From NCBI RefSeq assembly GCF_001194135.2, contig NC_068997.1, positions 39,612,287 to 39,676,286 of the forward strand: a stretch of DNA of 64,000 nt, given 5' to 3'. The notes beneath the pieces are model-generated. The model did no database searches. It was not told where the DNA came from and was given only the letters and a program-made list of their open reading frames with translations. Position numbers and translations under genes: made by a program. This document shows, piece by piece, positions 23,551 through 36,534 of this stretch (position 1 is its first letter; every line of letters starts with the position of its first letter). This DNA comes from Octopus bimaculoides. Taxonomy: Eukaryota.

Positions 23551-25594
23551 ATATTACAAACATCAATAAAGGGAAGAATTCGTTTGTGTAAAATCGAGAT
23601 CAACCCTTTGTTAAAACTTGTCTGCTTTAAGGAGCAGACTTATGATAAAATGCTTTCTCGGCATTGGGGGCTACATTGGTCAGTTTGGATTTCCCTTCTA
23701 AGACGGCATGCTCTGCTTTGGGGAAGATTTTGTTGCTATATGTAGCATCTTTACTAATCGGTTAGTCTCTCTCGAGGCCTTTATTTCATTCTGTTTGACA
23801 TTTTCATTTGTTGATTTCATCTACACAAGTAAAATATGAATAGATGTTTGTAGAATATTAGACACTTAAGTTGTTAGACATTACAACTGCCATGTTCATA
23901 ACATAAAAGTAACAATTTTCCGTAATTTAGAGTGATTGAGAATAACGAAGGGTGGGGAAAATATTATTGCATACCTTCTCGAATACATGTTGAGTTTCCG
24001 AATCGAAAAAACCCCTGAATTCAGTTTTGTTCAAATATAAATATGACAATATCAAACGCTAAAATATATTTTGAAAAATATCTGAATAGAAAAGAGTAGA
24101 CAACATCTAATAGTAGTTAGAAAAATGTAAAACTTCATTGAAGTATACAGTAGAAGAGGAAGATATAGAATACATTTATTGGTGTAGGTGAAAGGCAGAT
24201 GCAGAATTTATAATGGCAACGAGATACAAAGTCACGTGTCACTTAAAAAAGATTAACGCAGAATATTTAAACAACTGGATTAATGCTGACTCCAATGAAT
24301 TCTAATCAAAACATAAATCATTTTGCAATAAGATTGGACCGAGCCAAAATGAACTGTTATTTCACTGTAATTTTCGTCAAGATTTCTGCTGCTGCTGTAA
24401 TATATCTGTTACTTAAAGAAAGCGACATAGGGAAGGTGGGCATGTCACTTTAGCTGAGTAAATTAATAAAATGTGATATATCATCGCAAGAAGTTTGCGA
24501 TAAATCAAAGTGGAGATCTACTGTAGTGTTTACAGTATCAACGATTATAAAATTTCAGCGGAATTATGGAACTGAATTCCCAGTAAATTTTATGATTACA
24601 TAAAAAGAAGTATGTATGCATAGTTTGATATATATATATATATATATANNNNNNNNNNNNNNNNNNNNNNNNNNNNNNNNNNNNNNNNNNNNNNNNNNNN
24701 NNNNNNNNNNNNNNNNNNNNNNNNNNNNNNNNNNNNNNNNNNNNNNNNNNNNNGAGAGAGAGAGAGAGAGAGAGAGAGAGTAGCGGAGTTTGTGTATGCG
24801 CATGTGCATGAACGCTCTTGATCAGCAACCTAAGACAAACAATTTTGTTGCTAATTGCGAAATATAAGTTATAATTTATTTGAAACCAAATGTAAAAGCA
24901 AAATAGGATAACTAAAGTATGTATTTTTTTTATCTTTTGAGGCACTTAATATGAGTGAAATATTTTCATTTCATTTGGTTTGCCAATATTTTAATACATT
25001 TGTTTGAAGAAAAATCATAATTTGATGATTCAAAATATTTTTATAATTTTAGAATGAAATCTATTTCTTGTTATTTGTCAGGTTTAAGCGCTTATTTATC
25101 ATTGAGTTGGACCTAGCACGATGTTTTAAGTTTTCTTCCTGAGAAGCAAATAATATGGAAGCATACAAGAAAAAAAAAAACATATTTAGGATTGCTTTCA
25201 TGTATTTTATGGAAAACATAACTAAAAAGATCTTTCTTCATAATTTATATTTGAAGTATGTGTTAATGAGTATTTATGTGTATCTTTGTCTTATCTGCTC
25301 TTGGAAAGGAATTCTTCAAAAATGAGATACAAGAACAAGAAACCGAATCATATTTCGCTTTTCAATTCTGATAGTGGCATCCACAAAAGTACGACTGTCA
25401 ACATACTTACTTCATATCCAACCTAAAACTGGTAAAATTTCTGAGCATGTACGAGTAAATGTGAATGAATGTGGATGTATGGAGTGTGCATGCTTGTCGA
25501 GGAACAGGTTATTATGTTAGTCATAAAAAGTGTAGAAAAGGGGACCGCAAAGCTGTACGTGAGAAGCTGGAACCTGTTAATCTTTTCTTTTTAA

Positions 25595-25968
25595 TCTTTT
25601 TAAAGTGTTTCAGTCATTAGACTGTGGTCATGCTGGGGTGCAGCCTTGAAGTTATTTAGTATTAAGCCTGATACTTATTCTATCGGATCTCTTTTGCTGA
25701 GCCACTAAGTTGTGAGAGTATAAACACACCAACACCGGTTGTCAAGCAGTGGTGGGGAACAGACACAAACACACACACACACACATACACACGCACACAC
25801 ATATGATGGGCTTCTTCCTGTTTCCGTCTACCATATCCACTCACAGAATTTTGGTCTGACCGAGGCTATAGTAGAAAACACTTGTCCAAGGTGCCACGCA
25901 GTGGGACTGAACCCGGAACCATGTGGCTGGGAAGCAAGCTACTTACCACACAGCCACGGTGTCAAGAG
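25595..25968 (-). mobile_element. Near full-length SINE family B with internal (CA)n
   Basis: The head (gtgggactgaacccggaacc, aagctacttaccacacagccac), the internal microsatellite at 25760-25803 and the 3' tail are all present. Confidence 0.9.
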
Positions 25969-26841
25969 AGTTAGATTTCTGTATAGGGTGTATATGTTTT
26001 CTTTCTTTTTCAAAATCAGTCTGCGTAAACTTTTTTTCAGTTTACTGTAACAGAAGTCAGTTCCATGAAAAAAAAGAAAGAGCCGTTTTGTTAAGTCTCC
26101 TGTTCATTTTTGATTCACGGTCGAAGTTGTCAGGGTTCTTTTATACCGCTGATCCTCGTGAAAGACATATGTTTGACATATGTATGGGTNNNNNNNNNNN
26201 NNNNNNNNNNNNNNNNNNNNNNNNNNNNNNNNNNNNNNNNNNNNNNNNNNNNNNNNNNNNNNNNNNNNNNNNNNNNNNNNNNNNNNNNNNNNNNNNNNNN
26301 NNNNNNNNNNNNNNNNNNNNNNNNNNNNNNNNNNNNNNNNNNNNNNNNNNNNNNNNNNNNNNNNNNNNNNNNNNNNNNNNNNNNNNNNNNNNNNNNNNNN
26401 NNNNNNNNNNNNNNNNNNNNNNNNNNNNNNNNNNNNNNNNNNNNNNNNNNNNNNNNNNNNNNNNNNNNNNNNNNNNNNNNNNNNNNNNNNNNNNNNNNNN
26501 NNNNNNNNNNNNNNNNNNNNNNNNNNNNNNNNNNNNNNNNNNNNNNNNNNNNNNNNNNNNNNNNNNNNNNNNNNNNNNNNNNNNNNNNNNNNNNNNNNNN
26601 NNNNNNNNNNNNNNNNNNNNNNNNNNNNNNNNNNNNNNNNNNNNNNNNNNNNNNNNNNNNNNNNNNNNNNNNNNNNNNNNNNNNNNNNNNNNNNNNNNNN
26701 NNNNNNNNNNNNNNNNNNNNNNNNNNNNNNNNNNNNNNNNNNNNNNNNNNNNNNNNNNNNNNNNNNNNNNNNNNNNNNNNNNNNNNNNNNNNNNNNNNNN
26801 NNNNNNNNNNNNNNNNNNNNNNNNNNNNNNNNNNNNNNNNN

Positions 26842-26950
26842 ATTCCTCCCCTCCTCCTCTTCCCCCTCCTCTTCCTCCTCCTCTTCCTCCTCCTCCTCCT
26901 CCTCCTTATATACACCCTGCCCACTTCCTACCGCCGCCTCCTCCTCTCAA
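26842..26950 (+). repeat. (CCT)n/(CTT) microsatellite
   Basis: Direct reading. Confidence 0.9.
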
Positions 26951-27849
26951 TGTCACCTTTCTCAACTTATATCTTTCCCATCTATCATCTGACTAAAGTC
27001 GAAACTAAAATATAACACGTCATCATTAATTATTTAAGTGGAGTTGCTTTTTAGTTTCTCTTTTTCTTTTATTTCGTCATTGTCCTCTCCACCCCATCAG
27101 ATTCTTCGCTTTCTCCCCACTTGTGCATTCATTGTTATTTATTATTCTAATGCAGTATCGAGCGCTGTGAGACAATAAAGTCCTATCAATTCGAGACCGT
27201 GTCATGGTTTCATTCTCCACTTCACTCCCGAAGCTGTCGAGTCATGGAAATCAGGGACGCAGGGCATGCTGTTTCTTTCCTCTATAGAAGATGCATAAAT
27301 ATGGAATACCTGTACTGAATATGCTACGTCTACTGTATATGAACCTAAATATACCACACATAATTTAAATATAGTACATGTTTGTCGAGTGGAAAAATAA
27401 ACTATCGTTACTGTGCCTGTTGTTTAACGCCAAGTCGATCCTCAATGAACAGTCCAATGACCAAAAACATTTTTATATGGCCATCCTGGTTGTTGAAGAC
27501 ATGGTGTACAACTCACAATGTGTAGGCTTTATTCTGAAGCAACAAACAGTACAATAGTCGAACGATGTGTAAAGTTATGATTTAATTATCTAGCGGGAAA
27601 AAATTGAAGTGTAGACGTTACGTTCTCTTAAAATGTTCAGTGATTTGTTTCGATGCTGATAAAAGAGATTAGCTCGCACGAAGCTTTCCATCTGTTGGAG
27701 CATGTAAGGTACACATTCCTCAGGAAATATATTTAGGCTGCCTGTGGATATTATGTTGCTATTGTAGTTGTTTTTGCTCTCGTTGTTGCCGTTATTTATC
27801 CTCGGGTCAGCTCGAGCCGTTAACATCCGATCTTTCTTTACTAATACCT

Positions 27850-28081
27850 ATTTTTTACTGCCCACAAGGGGCTACACACAGAGGGGACAAACAAGGACAG
27901 ACAAACGGAATAAGTCGATTATATCGACCCCAGTGCGTAACTGGTACTTAATTTATCGACCCCGAAAGGATGAAAGGCAAAGTCGACCTCGGCGGAATTT
28001 GAACTCAGAACGCAGTGGCAGACGAAATACCGCTAAGCATTTCGCCCGGTGTGCTAACGTTTCTGCCAGCTCGCCGCCTTC
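27850..28081 (-). mobile_element. Young full-length SINE family A with 14-bp TSD
   Basis: Intact A and B boxes. It is flanked by the identical sequence ctttactaatacct at 27836-27849 and 28082-28095. Confidence 0.95.
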
Positions 28082-28489
28082 CTTTACTAATACCTTATAA
28101 CTTTTATAACATATTTTCCTTTTCCTAAACGGTAGTGGTGTGAAGTGAGACAGATTAGTTATCTATTTGTAGCAGGTCGAGAAGCTCTAAAAATAAATGT
28201 CACCCAAATAATATAGAGACTGTAGGGACAATATTTAGGGGAAAACTAAAATATTATTTTACTTTATCACCTTACATATTTTTACAGTGTCATACTTCAA
28301 GGCTGTGTGCAGAGATTGGCTTAAACCTAGTTTGTAAAAGTAGTGTTGAAATAGGGTGGTGACCAGTTATATGTGTAAGTTTGAGTTAGAGTAGATTTAT
28401 GTGTTAGTTAAAGATGATATAAAAATGGGCAACACACCTAGTTAATAGGTAACATTCAAAGAGGCGCTTACTCCTTACACAGTATATTC

Positions 28490-28647
28490 ATATATATGTG
28501 TATATGAATACACATACGTATACTTATACATGTTTATATATATATATATATATATTTATGTGTATATGTGTATATGAATATATATATACACACATACGTA
28601 CACACAAACACACACACACACACACAGATATATATATATAGGTATGC

Positions 28648-28693
<46 letters not shown>

Positions 28694-29174
28694 GTACACA
28701 GGCACACAAGCCAAACATAGAAAGATAAATAGATTTTAAGAGTGGTGAATTAATATATAATGATTTACACAATAATTCATAAGCTAAGCATCTTGAAGGT
28801 TATGATACCACTGCTGCAGCTATCTATAATGAATATATCTATGAATCTTGAAAAATCTACATCTCGCTTGCATCACAGATACCCTCCCCACCTTCTCAAA
28901 TTTTACAGAATATGGCTACAAACAATATGGCTGCTACATAATTCTTCTAATTTGTTTGAAACAACTAACAAAGAAGAGAATAAGTGTGAATTTGATAATT
29001 TAATCTTTTAAATATTGCATTAAATATTGCAGCAAAATATGTTAATATGTGGAATGTTTCGTTGGCTGATCGTGTGTGGGAACATATTATGAACATTAAG
29101 AGTAGGATATGAAGAAGGGAGTAAGAAAGTATCATCAGAAGGAGGAAATGTGGTGTGGCCATGGGGGTTATGTA

Positions 29175-29207
<33 letters not shown>

Positions 29208-29347
29208 ATATAGTATGTGCGTATGTGATTATGCGTGTGTGTATGTGTGCTTCTCTGTATTTAATAATAATGTTAATAATGATGATGATGTCTTATACAC
29301 ACATCCACACGCAAACACATAAACACACACAATCACAATCACAAACG

Positions 29348-29383
<36 letters not shown>

Positions 29384-29460
29384 GAGAGAGATAGATATAG
29401 ATGTAATGATGTACCTGTACTTATGTATATGTGCACGCATATATATGTGTGTATGTATGC
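28490..29460 (+). repeat. Clusters of (TA)/(CA)/(TATG) microsatellites interrupted by unique AT-rich DNA
   Basis: Direct reading: 28490-28700 and 29160-29460. Confidence 0.85.
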
Positions 29461-29996
29461 GTATATATTATATTCTTTAAATTGCTAGGGAAGGTACCTG
29501 AGCAGAAGGATGGAATAAAAACAGTGATATATATATATATATATGAAGATAAAATGACAGAGTAATATGGATCACATAAAGCAAAAAGGCAAAAAATAAG
29601 AGAGTTAGGCATGCTTATGTGGGAACAACCAGTTGGATGTTTCTGACACGAGTGTATTCTTGAATACGTATGATGATAGGGGAGTTAATTTCGAAACGAT
29701 TCATGACAGTGTCTATGCTGAAAAGAGCACTCTTAGGAATTAATCCATGACAGACAGCAATGAGATTTAATGAATGTTCCTGATTTCTTGTGACTACTTC
29801 ATACTGAGATCGCTGATGGCACCAATTGCAGAATGTTAGAATATCATACGGCAATTGAAACAGTTTGAAGCTTATAAATTGCTCTGCACAAGTGTGTATA
29901 TATACATATATATATTTTTTATAAGCTTAAAGCTTATAAGCAATCACTGTGCATTGACCAAGGTAAATAGTCTAACGGAAAAAAAGCAGGGTTTTA

Positions 29997-30068
29997 CTGT
30001 ACGCATGGGACACGAACCCACACCTCTATGTATTCATGACAAGTGTGTTACCATTACACTAACGTACT
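29997..30068 (-). pseudogene. tRNA-like cloverleaf (pseudo-tRNA or isolated SINE head)
   Basis: AGTACGT TA GTGT AATGGTA ACAC A CTTGT CATGAAT ACATA GAGGT GTGGG TTCGTGT CCCAT GCGTACA: acceptor 6/7 paired, D-stem 4/4, T-stem 5/5, weak anticodon stem, no U33 or A58. A T7 run lies 12 nt downstream. Confidence 0.65.
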
Positions 30069-30199
30069 CTCTATATAAATGAAAGCTGTGGAAGTGACTG
30101 GAGAGGTTCTAACTAACCAAATCTTGGATTAGTTATGAACAATGGTTCAGAATCGTAACCACATGATATATACATGTGTACGTATATAAATACAATTAT

Positions 30200-30365
30200 C
30201 CATCCATCCCTCTATTCCTCCTTCCTCCATCCATTCCTCATCTATCCATCCATCCATCCATGAACCCATCCATCCGTCCATCCAACCGTCCGTCCACTCG
30301 TCCATCCGACTGTTCATCCGTTAATCCGTTAATCCGTTCGTCCGTCCAGCCATCCAGCCATCTTC
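30200..30365 (+). repeat. Degenerate (CCAT)n/(CCGT)n tetranucleotide repeat
   Basis: Direct reading. Confidence 0.85.
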
Positions 30366-30844
30366 CTAGCCCACTGTTCCTGTGAAAGTCCTGTGACTAG
30401 AGACTGCAAACGCGCCACCAACAAATGCTCTAATCAAAAGCAAATTTTCCAGTTGGATCTTTACGCAAGACTATACGTCTCCTGAGTGTTCTAACTCCAG
30501 GTCTCTACTCCTGCCGACATTGTCTGAAAAAAAAAAAACTGTGCTGCAATTCTATCCTTAGATATAACCTCTTACCCGTAATACCTGAGCTATGACCTCT
30601 CAATGTGAAAACGTAAAAGTTCGAACCGGAGCTTCTTCCCGGTCTCTATGCTCAGAGACATTTCCAGTTATGTCACTGTAGTACGCTAGCAGACCATCGT
30701 CGAAACCCATTTCGTTCACTTGAGTTTGCACTCGTATTTTTCTGGTCATTACCCAGGAATCATGACAATAAGTACAGCTACAACACGAAAATCGAACAGA
30801 AAAGTGAGCTTGGCATGTGTGTGTATGTATGTGTATGTGTGTGT

Positions 30845-30960
30845 GGCTCTTGAACTTCTAGAAATAGCAGCTAACCTGCCAAATTACACTCGGTCGTCTC
30901 AAGAAAAGCACAATCCCGAAGACAAGTGGGGAAGATCATAGCTTAAATGCTTTCATTACT
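30845..30960 (-). mobile_element. Interspersed repeat, family D fragment
   Basis: Reverse complement of 35420-35530 (cttctagaaatagcagctaa...aaattacactc..tcgtct..agaaa). Confidence 0.7.
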
Positions 30961-31199
30961 CTGTGTGTGCGCTTGTGTGTGTGTCTATGTGTGTGTGCGC
31001 GCGCAGGCGTAGGTGCGTGCGTGTGTGTGTCTGCATGCATATGTATACAAACATACATTCATTTATACATACTATCAATTAACTTTCAGCCTAGAGATTT
31101 GACTTACCTTCCTCCGCGCCCCCTCTCCAGAGACGACCATCTGTGTGCATACGCAACCTTTGACCTATATCTCATGTCAGATAGACACCCTGATTATCT

Positions 31200-31486
31200 C
31201 TGGCATCATCACCATCACAACCACCACCACCACCACCACCACCACCATCATCATTATTAGATCCATCATCATCATTGTCATCATCACCGTTTTCCTCCTT
31301 CTTGTCATCATCACTATCATTGTCATCATTATTATCATCATTGATCATATCATTATCACCGTCATCGTCGTCATCGTCGTCATGATGATGATGACGATGA
31401 TGATGATGATGATGATCATCATCATCATCATCATCATCATCATTATCATTATCAATGACATCGTCTTTGTCGTCATAGTCATTGTC

Positions 31487-31526
<40 letters not shown>

Positions 31527-31817
31527 ATAGCAGGAGTGATTTCTTACTAGTTCACTATCACCACCATACTTATTCCTATAGATGTTATCAACATTATCAA
31601 TTTTCTCATCATCGACTTCATTATCTTCTTACTCTGCCTCCTGCAACTCCTCCTACCCTAACACAATTTATCCTCCTCCTCCTCCTCCTCCACCTTCTCC
31701 TCACTGTACACTTCATCATCAACGACGACATCACCAACATCATCGCCATCCTCGTTGTGTCTATGGTAGTCACCATTGCTATCATTACCACCACAACCAC
31801 CACCACCACCACCGTCC

Positions 31818-31877
<60 letters not shown>

Positions 31878-33540
31878 GCATCATCATCATCATCGTCGTA
31901 TTCTTGATCCCCTTCTATTCCTCCTCCTCCTCATCATCATCATCGTCATCGCCGTCGTCGTCATCATCATCATTACCATCCTCCTCCTCATCATCCTCTT
32001 CATCATCATCTTCATCAGCATTATCATCATCATAATTCTATTCCCATCCCATCCCATCCCTCCTCTCCTCCTCATCATCATATTCGTCAACATAATTATT
32101 TGAATCACATTAACGACACCACCACAGAACCGCATCCACCACCAGCATCACGACCAATCCAACCGATCCACGCCCACCAACACCCCCACTCCCAGCACTA
32201 TCATCAACATCATCATCATCATCATCATCATCGTCATCATCATCATCGTCATCATCATCATCCATAATCATCATCAACCTCTCTTCCTCGTCCTCTTCTT
32301 CGTAATCATCATCAATGTCATCATCCACTTCATCTCCACCACCATCACCAACGCCGCCACCACCACCACCAACATCNNNNNNNNNNNNNNNNNNNNNNNN
32401 NNNNNNNNNNNNNNNNNNNNNNNNNNNNNNNNNNNNNNNNNNNNNNNNNNNNNNNNNNNNNNNNNNNNNNNNNNNNNNNNNNNNNNNNNNNNNNNNNNNN
32501 NNNNNNNNNNNNNNNNNNNNNNNNNNNNNNNNNNNNNNNNNNNNNNNNNNNNNNNNNNNNNNNNNNNNNNNNNNNNNNNNNNNNNNNNNNNNNNNNNNNN
32601 NNNNNNNNNNNNNNNNNNNNNNNNNNNNNNNNNNNNNNNNNNNNNNNNNNNNNNNNNNNNNNNNNNNNNNNNNNNNNNNNNNNNNNNNNNNNNNNNNNNN
32701 NNNNNNNNNNNNNNNNNNNNNNNNNNNNNNNNNNNNNNNNNNNNNNNNNNNNNNNNNNNNNNNNNNNNNNNNNNNNNNNNNNNNNNNNNNNNNNNNNNNN
32801 NNNNNNNNNNNNNNNNNNNNNNNNNNNNNNNNNNNNNNNNNNNNNNNNNNNNNNNNNNNNNNNNNNNNNNNNNNNNNNNNNNNNNNNNNNNNNNNNNNNN
32901 NNNNNNNNNNNNNNNNNNNNNNNNNNNNNNNNNNNNNNNNNNNNNNNNNNNNNNNNNNNNNNNNNNNNNNNNNNNNNNNNNNNNNNNNNNNNNNNNNNNN
33001 NNNNNNNNNNNNNNNNNNNNNNNNNNNNNNNNNNNNNNNNNNNNNNNNNNNNNNNNNNNNNNNNNNNNNNNNNNNNNNNNNNNNNNNNNNNNNNNNNNNN
33101 NNNNNNNNNNNNNNNNNNNNNNNNNNNNNNNNNNNNNNNNNNNNNNNNNNNNNNNNNNNNNNNNNNNNNNNNNNNNNNNNNNNNNNNNNNNNNNNNNNNN
33201 NNNNNNNNNNNNNNNNNNNNNNNNNNNNNNNNNNNNNNNNNNNNNNNNNNNNNNNNNNNNNNNNNNNNNNNNNNNNNNNNNNNNNNNNNNNNNNNNNNNN
33301 NNNNNNNNNNNNNNNNNNNNNNNNNNNNNNNNNNNNNNNNNNNNNNNNNNNNNNNNNNNNNNNNNNNNNNNNNNATATATATATATATATATACATATAT
33401 ATGCATACATATATGGACATATTGCCATATATACACGCACATATATAGACACACGGCAGCCCTAGCATCATCATCACCACCACCATCAGCATCAACAAGG
33501 CCTCCACTGCTTCGACTGCCACCATTACCACCACCATCTT
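31200..33540 (+). repeat. Compound trinucleotide low-complexity tract (CAT/CAC/CCT/CGT), interrupted by a gap and a (TA) tract
   Basis: Direct reading. Confidence 0.95.
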
Positions 33541-34957
33541 CCCATTTATCATTTGTTTATTTTTACTTTATTCCATTTAGAATATTATTCTCCACCCTTT
33601 CCACAGTACTTTAAAATTATTTCTTTCGTTCTTCCTTGCTTTCTTCATATTCTTTCTCCATTCTCTCATCACAATGAAATAAAAATGTCAAATATTGAAA
33701 TTTTTCTCTTTTGAGCCAAATATATTGCTTTTTATGATTCGGAAAATCGATAATTTTAAATTTAATGTAGTTTCCAGAAGGTTCCGAGGGGGTGGAGGAG
33801 GAATGCTGAGAGACGAATTGGAGGAGAAAAACATATAAATACAACTGTGAGTGAGAAAGATATACATACGTACATGCATATATATACATATATATATACT
33901 CATATATATACGTACAAATGCATATTATAAATATGTGCATGCTTGTATCTACACACATACATGCATACATGCATTGGTGCATACATATGTGTGCGTATTT
34001 CTTTATGTTTGCACATATATGCATATATGTTTAACAGGAATATATGCTAATATGTATGTATATGCATGTATGTATATGTATGTATAAATGCCTGTACGTA
34101 TAGATCTACGTATATATATATATATACAGACATACATACATACGTACATATATATATATANNNNNNNNNNNNNNNNNNNNNNNNNNNNNNNNNNNNNNNN
34201 NNNNNNNNNNNNNNNNNNNNNNNNNNNNNNNNNNNNNNNNNNNNNNNNNNNNNNNNNNNNNNNNNNNNNNNNNNNNNNNNNNNNNNNNNNNNNNNNNNNN
34301 NNNNNNNNNNNNNNNNNNNNNNNNNNNNNNNNNNNNNNNNNNNNNNNNNNNNNNNNNNNNNNNNNNNNNNNNNNNNNNNNNNNNNNNNNNNNNNNNNNNN
34401 NNNNNNNNNNNNNNNNNNNNNNNNNNNNNNNNNNNNNNNNNNNNNNNNNNNNNNNNNNNNNNNNNNNNNNNNNNNNNNNNNNNNNNNNNNNNNNNNNNNN
34501 NNNNNNNNNNNNNNNNNNNNNNNNNNNNNNNNNNNNNNNNNNNNNNNNNNNNNNNNNNNNNNNNNNNNNNNNNNNNNNNNNNNNNNNNNNNNNNNNNNNN
34601 NNNNNNNNNNNNNNNNNNNNNNNNNNNNNNNNNNNNNNNNNNNNNNNNNNNNNNNNNNNNNNNNNNNNNNNNNNNNNNNNNNNNNNNNNNNNNNNNNNNN
34701 NNNNNNNNNNNNNNNNNNNNNNNNNNNNNNNNNNNNNNNNNNNNNNNNNNNNNNNNNNNNNNNNNNNNNNNNNNNNNNNNNNNNNNNNNNNNNNNNNNNN
34801 NNNNNNNNNNNNNNNNNNNNNNNNNNNNNNNNNNNNNNNNNNNNNNNNNNNNNNNNNNNNNNNNNNNNNNNNNNNNNNNNNNNNNNNNNNNNNNNNNNNN
34901 NNNNNNNNNNNNNNNNNNNNNNNNNNNNNNNNNNNNNNNNNNNNNNNNNNNNNNNNN

Positions 34958-34994
<37 letters not shown>

Positions 34995-35379
34995 TAAATA
35001 TATATATATATATGCATGTATGTATGTATGTATGTATATATACAGACACATATATATCTAGATATATATATATATATTTATGAGTGTGTGTGTATAAGTA
35101 TTTATGTAATGTTTGTATATACACATATGCAAGTATCTGTGGTGCATATGCATATATGCACATACATGTACACATAGATAATTACACAGAAACATATACA
35201 TACGTACATACAAGCATTTAAACTACACAAAGGAAAAAACTCTGTTGGTCCGTCCAAATATGTTAACGGACACATACGCAGGAATACATTTGAAGTCACA
35301 CGATTACACACGAATACATACATATCTGTACAGACATAGACACATTTCAGTACACATTTGGTTGGATATGTGTCGGGCC

Positions 35380-35555
35380 TTTGTTATTTAGCCGTGGGTC
35401 AGCCTTGAGGGATCAACCCTCTGATGAAAGCATTTAAACCATGGCCGTCTCGACGTGTCTTCGGAATTACGTCTTTCTGAAGACGATTGAGTGTAATTTT
35501 GTGGATTAGCTGTTATTTCTAGCAGATCGAGCAGACCCGGAGAAGCTCCTTCATT
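35380..35555 (+). mobile_element. Interspersed repeat, family D (SINE-like)
   Basis: ttagctgttatttctagcagatcgagc also occurs at 28157-28185 and, reversed, at 30856-30876. Confidence 0.7.
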
Positions 35556-35604
35556 GGTTATAATTATATGTATGCCTTTACGTATAAAGCTGAGCAAGTA
35601 TATG

Positions 35605-35644
<40 letters not shown>

Positions 35645-36380
35645 NNNNNNNNNNGTGTGTGTGTGTGTGTGTGTGCGTGCGTGCGTGCCTGTCTGTGTCT
35701 GTGCCTGTGTGTTTGTGTGTCTGTGTCACTTTGTGTATAAAGTGGGATGCTTGGGGAATCGCTATGATTAATCAAGAGGGTAAATGCTGTATCTGTGTGT
35801 ATGTGCCTTTGTGTTAATGAGTGTGAGTGAATATGTGAGCGATAATATGAGTATGTATGAATGATTGGGTTTTTGAGGAAACAGTGCGTATAAGATATGG
35901 TGATAAAGAGAGTATGAGTGAAGCAGAAAGACTAGCTAGACAGATAGACAAATTGGTAGATAGCTTGGAAGGCAGATAGGAGGCAGTAGGTTGATAATTA
36001 AATAGATAGATAGATGATTTATGGAGAGATAAATGGATAACAGAAAGAAAACTCAATATAGATAATTAGATATATACAAACTGAAATAGATATATCGATA
36101 GACAGACAGGCAATTTGGATATGCATACATGCGTATGTATATGAATATATAAATAGCCACATGCACGAATATATAAAAGATAAACTGATGTATGCATTGA
36201 ATTGAATATTTTTCGAAACAATAATGTGTGTGTGTGTGTGTGTATTTGTGTGTGTTGGGTTGAGGAGTGTGTGTGTGTTTGTCTGCTGACAGTTAAACAA
36301 TTATAGACATTGTATTAAAATAAGTATTGGTATGAATCTTCTGATATGTGTTTGTGTGTGTGTGTGTCCAGGAGCTGTAC

Positions 36381-36483
36381 GTAGTGTCCGGTCCATCAGT
36401 CCTCCGAAGCACATCTTTCTCTGTATTGTTATCGATGTCCAGAGTCACCTCGCGAAAGTCGTCGAGCATGGTGGCCATTAGCT
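36381..36483 (-). CDS. Candidate isolated coding exon of an unidentified host gene
   Basis: Acceptor tacgtttag|AG, open frame (E)LMATMLDDFREVTLDIDNNTEKDVLRRTDGPDT, GCCACCATG at 36467-36475, about 8 CpGs in 100 bp, and a possible donor AC|gtacag. The protein is not recognised. Confidence 0.45.
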
Positions 36484-36534
36484 CTAAACGTAATACAATG
36501 TTTTATCTTCTGTCGGACGTATTACAAACAACAG

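Noticed and set aside
28760-29854. Short ORFs at 28760-29011 and 29615-29854 with protein-like stretches
   Set aside because: They have no convincing splice sites or recognisable homology, and neighbouring frames contain several stops.
31145-32135. Poly-I/H/M/S ORFs, and the YI/HT/CV dipeptide ORFs throughout the window
   Set aside because: They are products of tri- and dinucleotide repeats that lack stop codons, with no domain signal.
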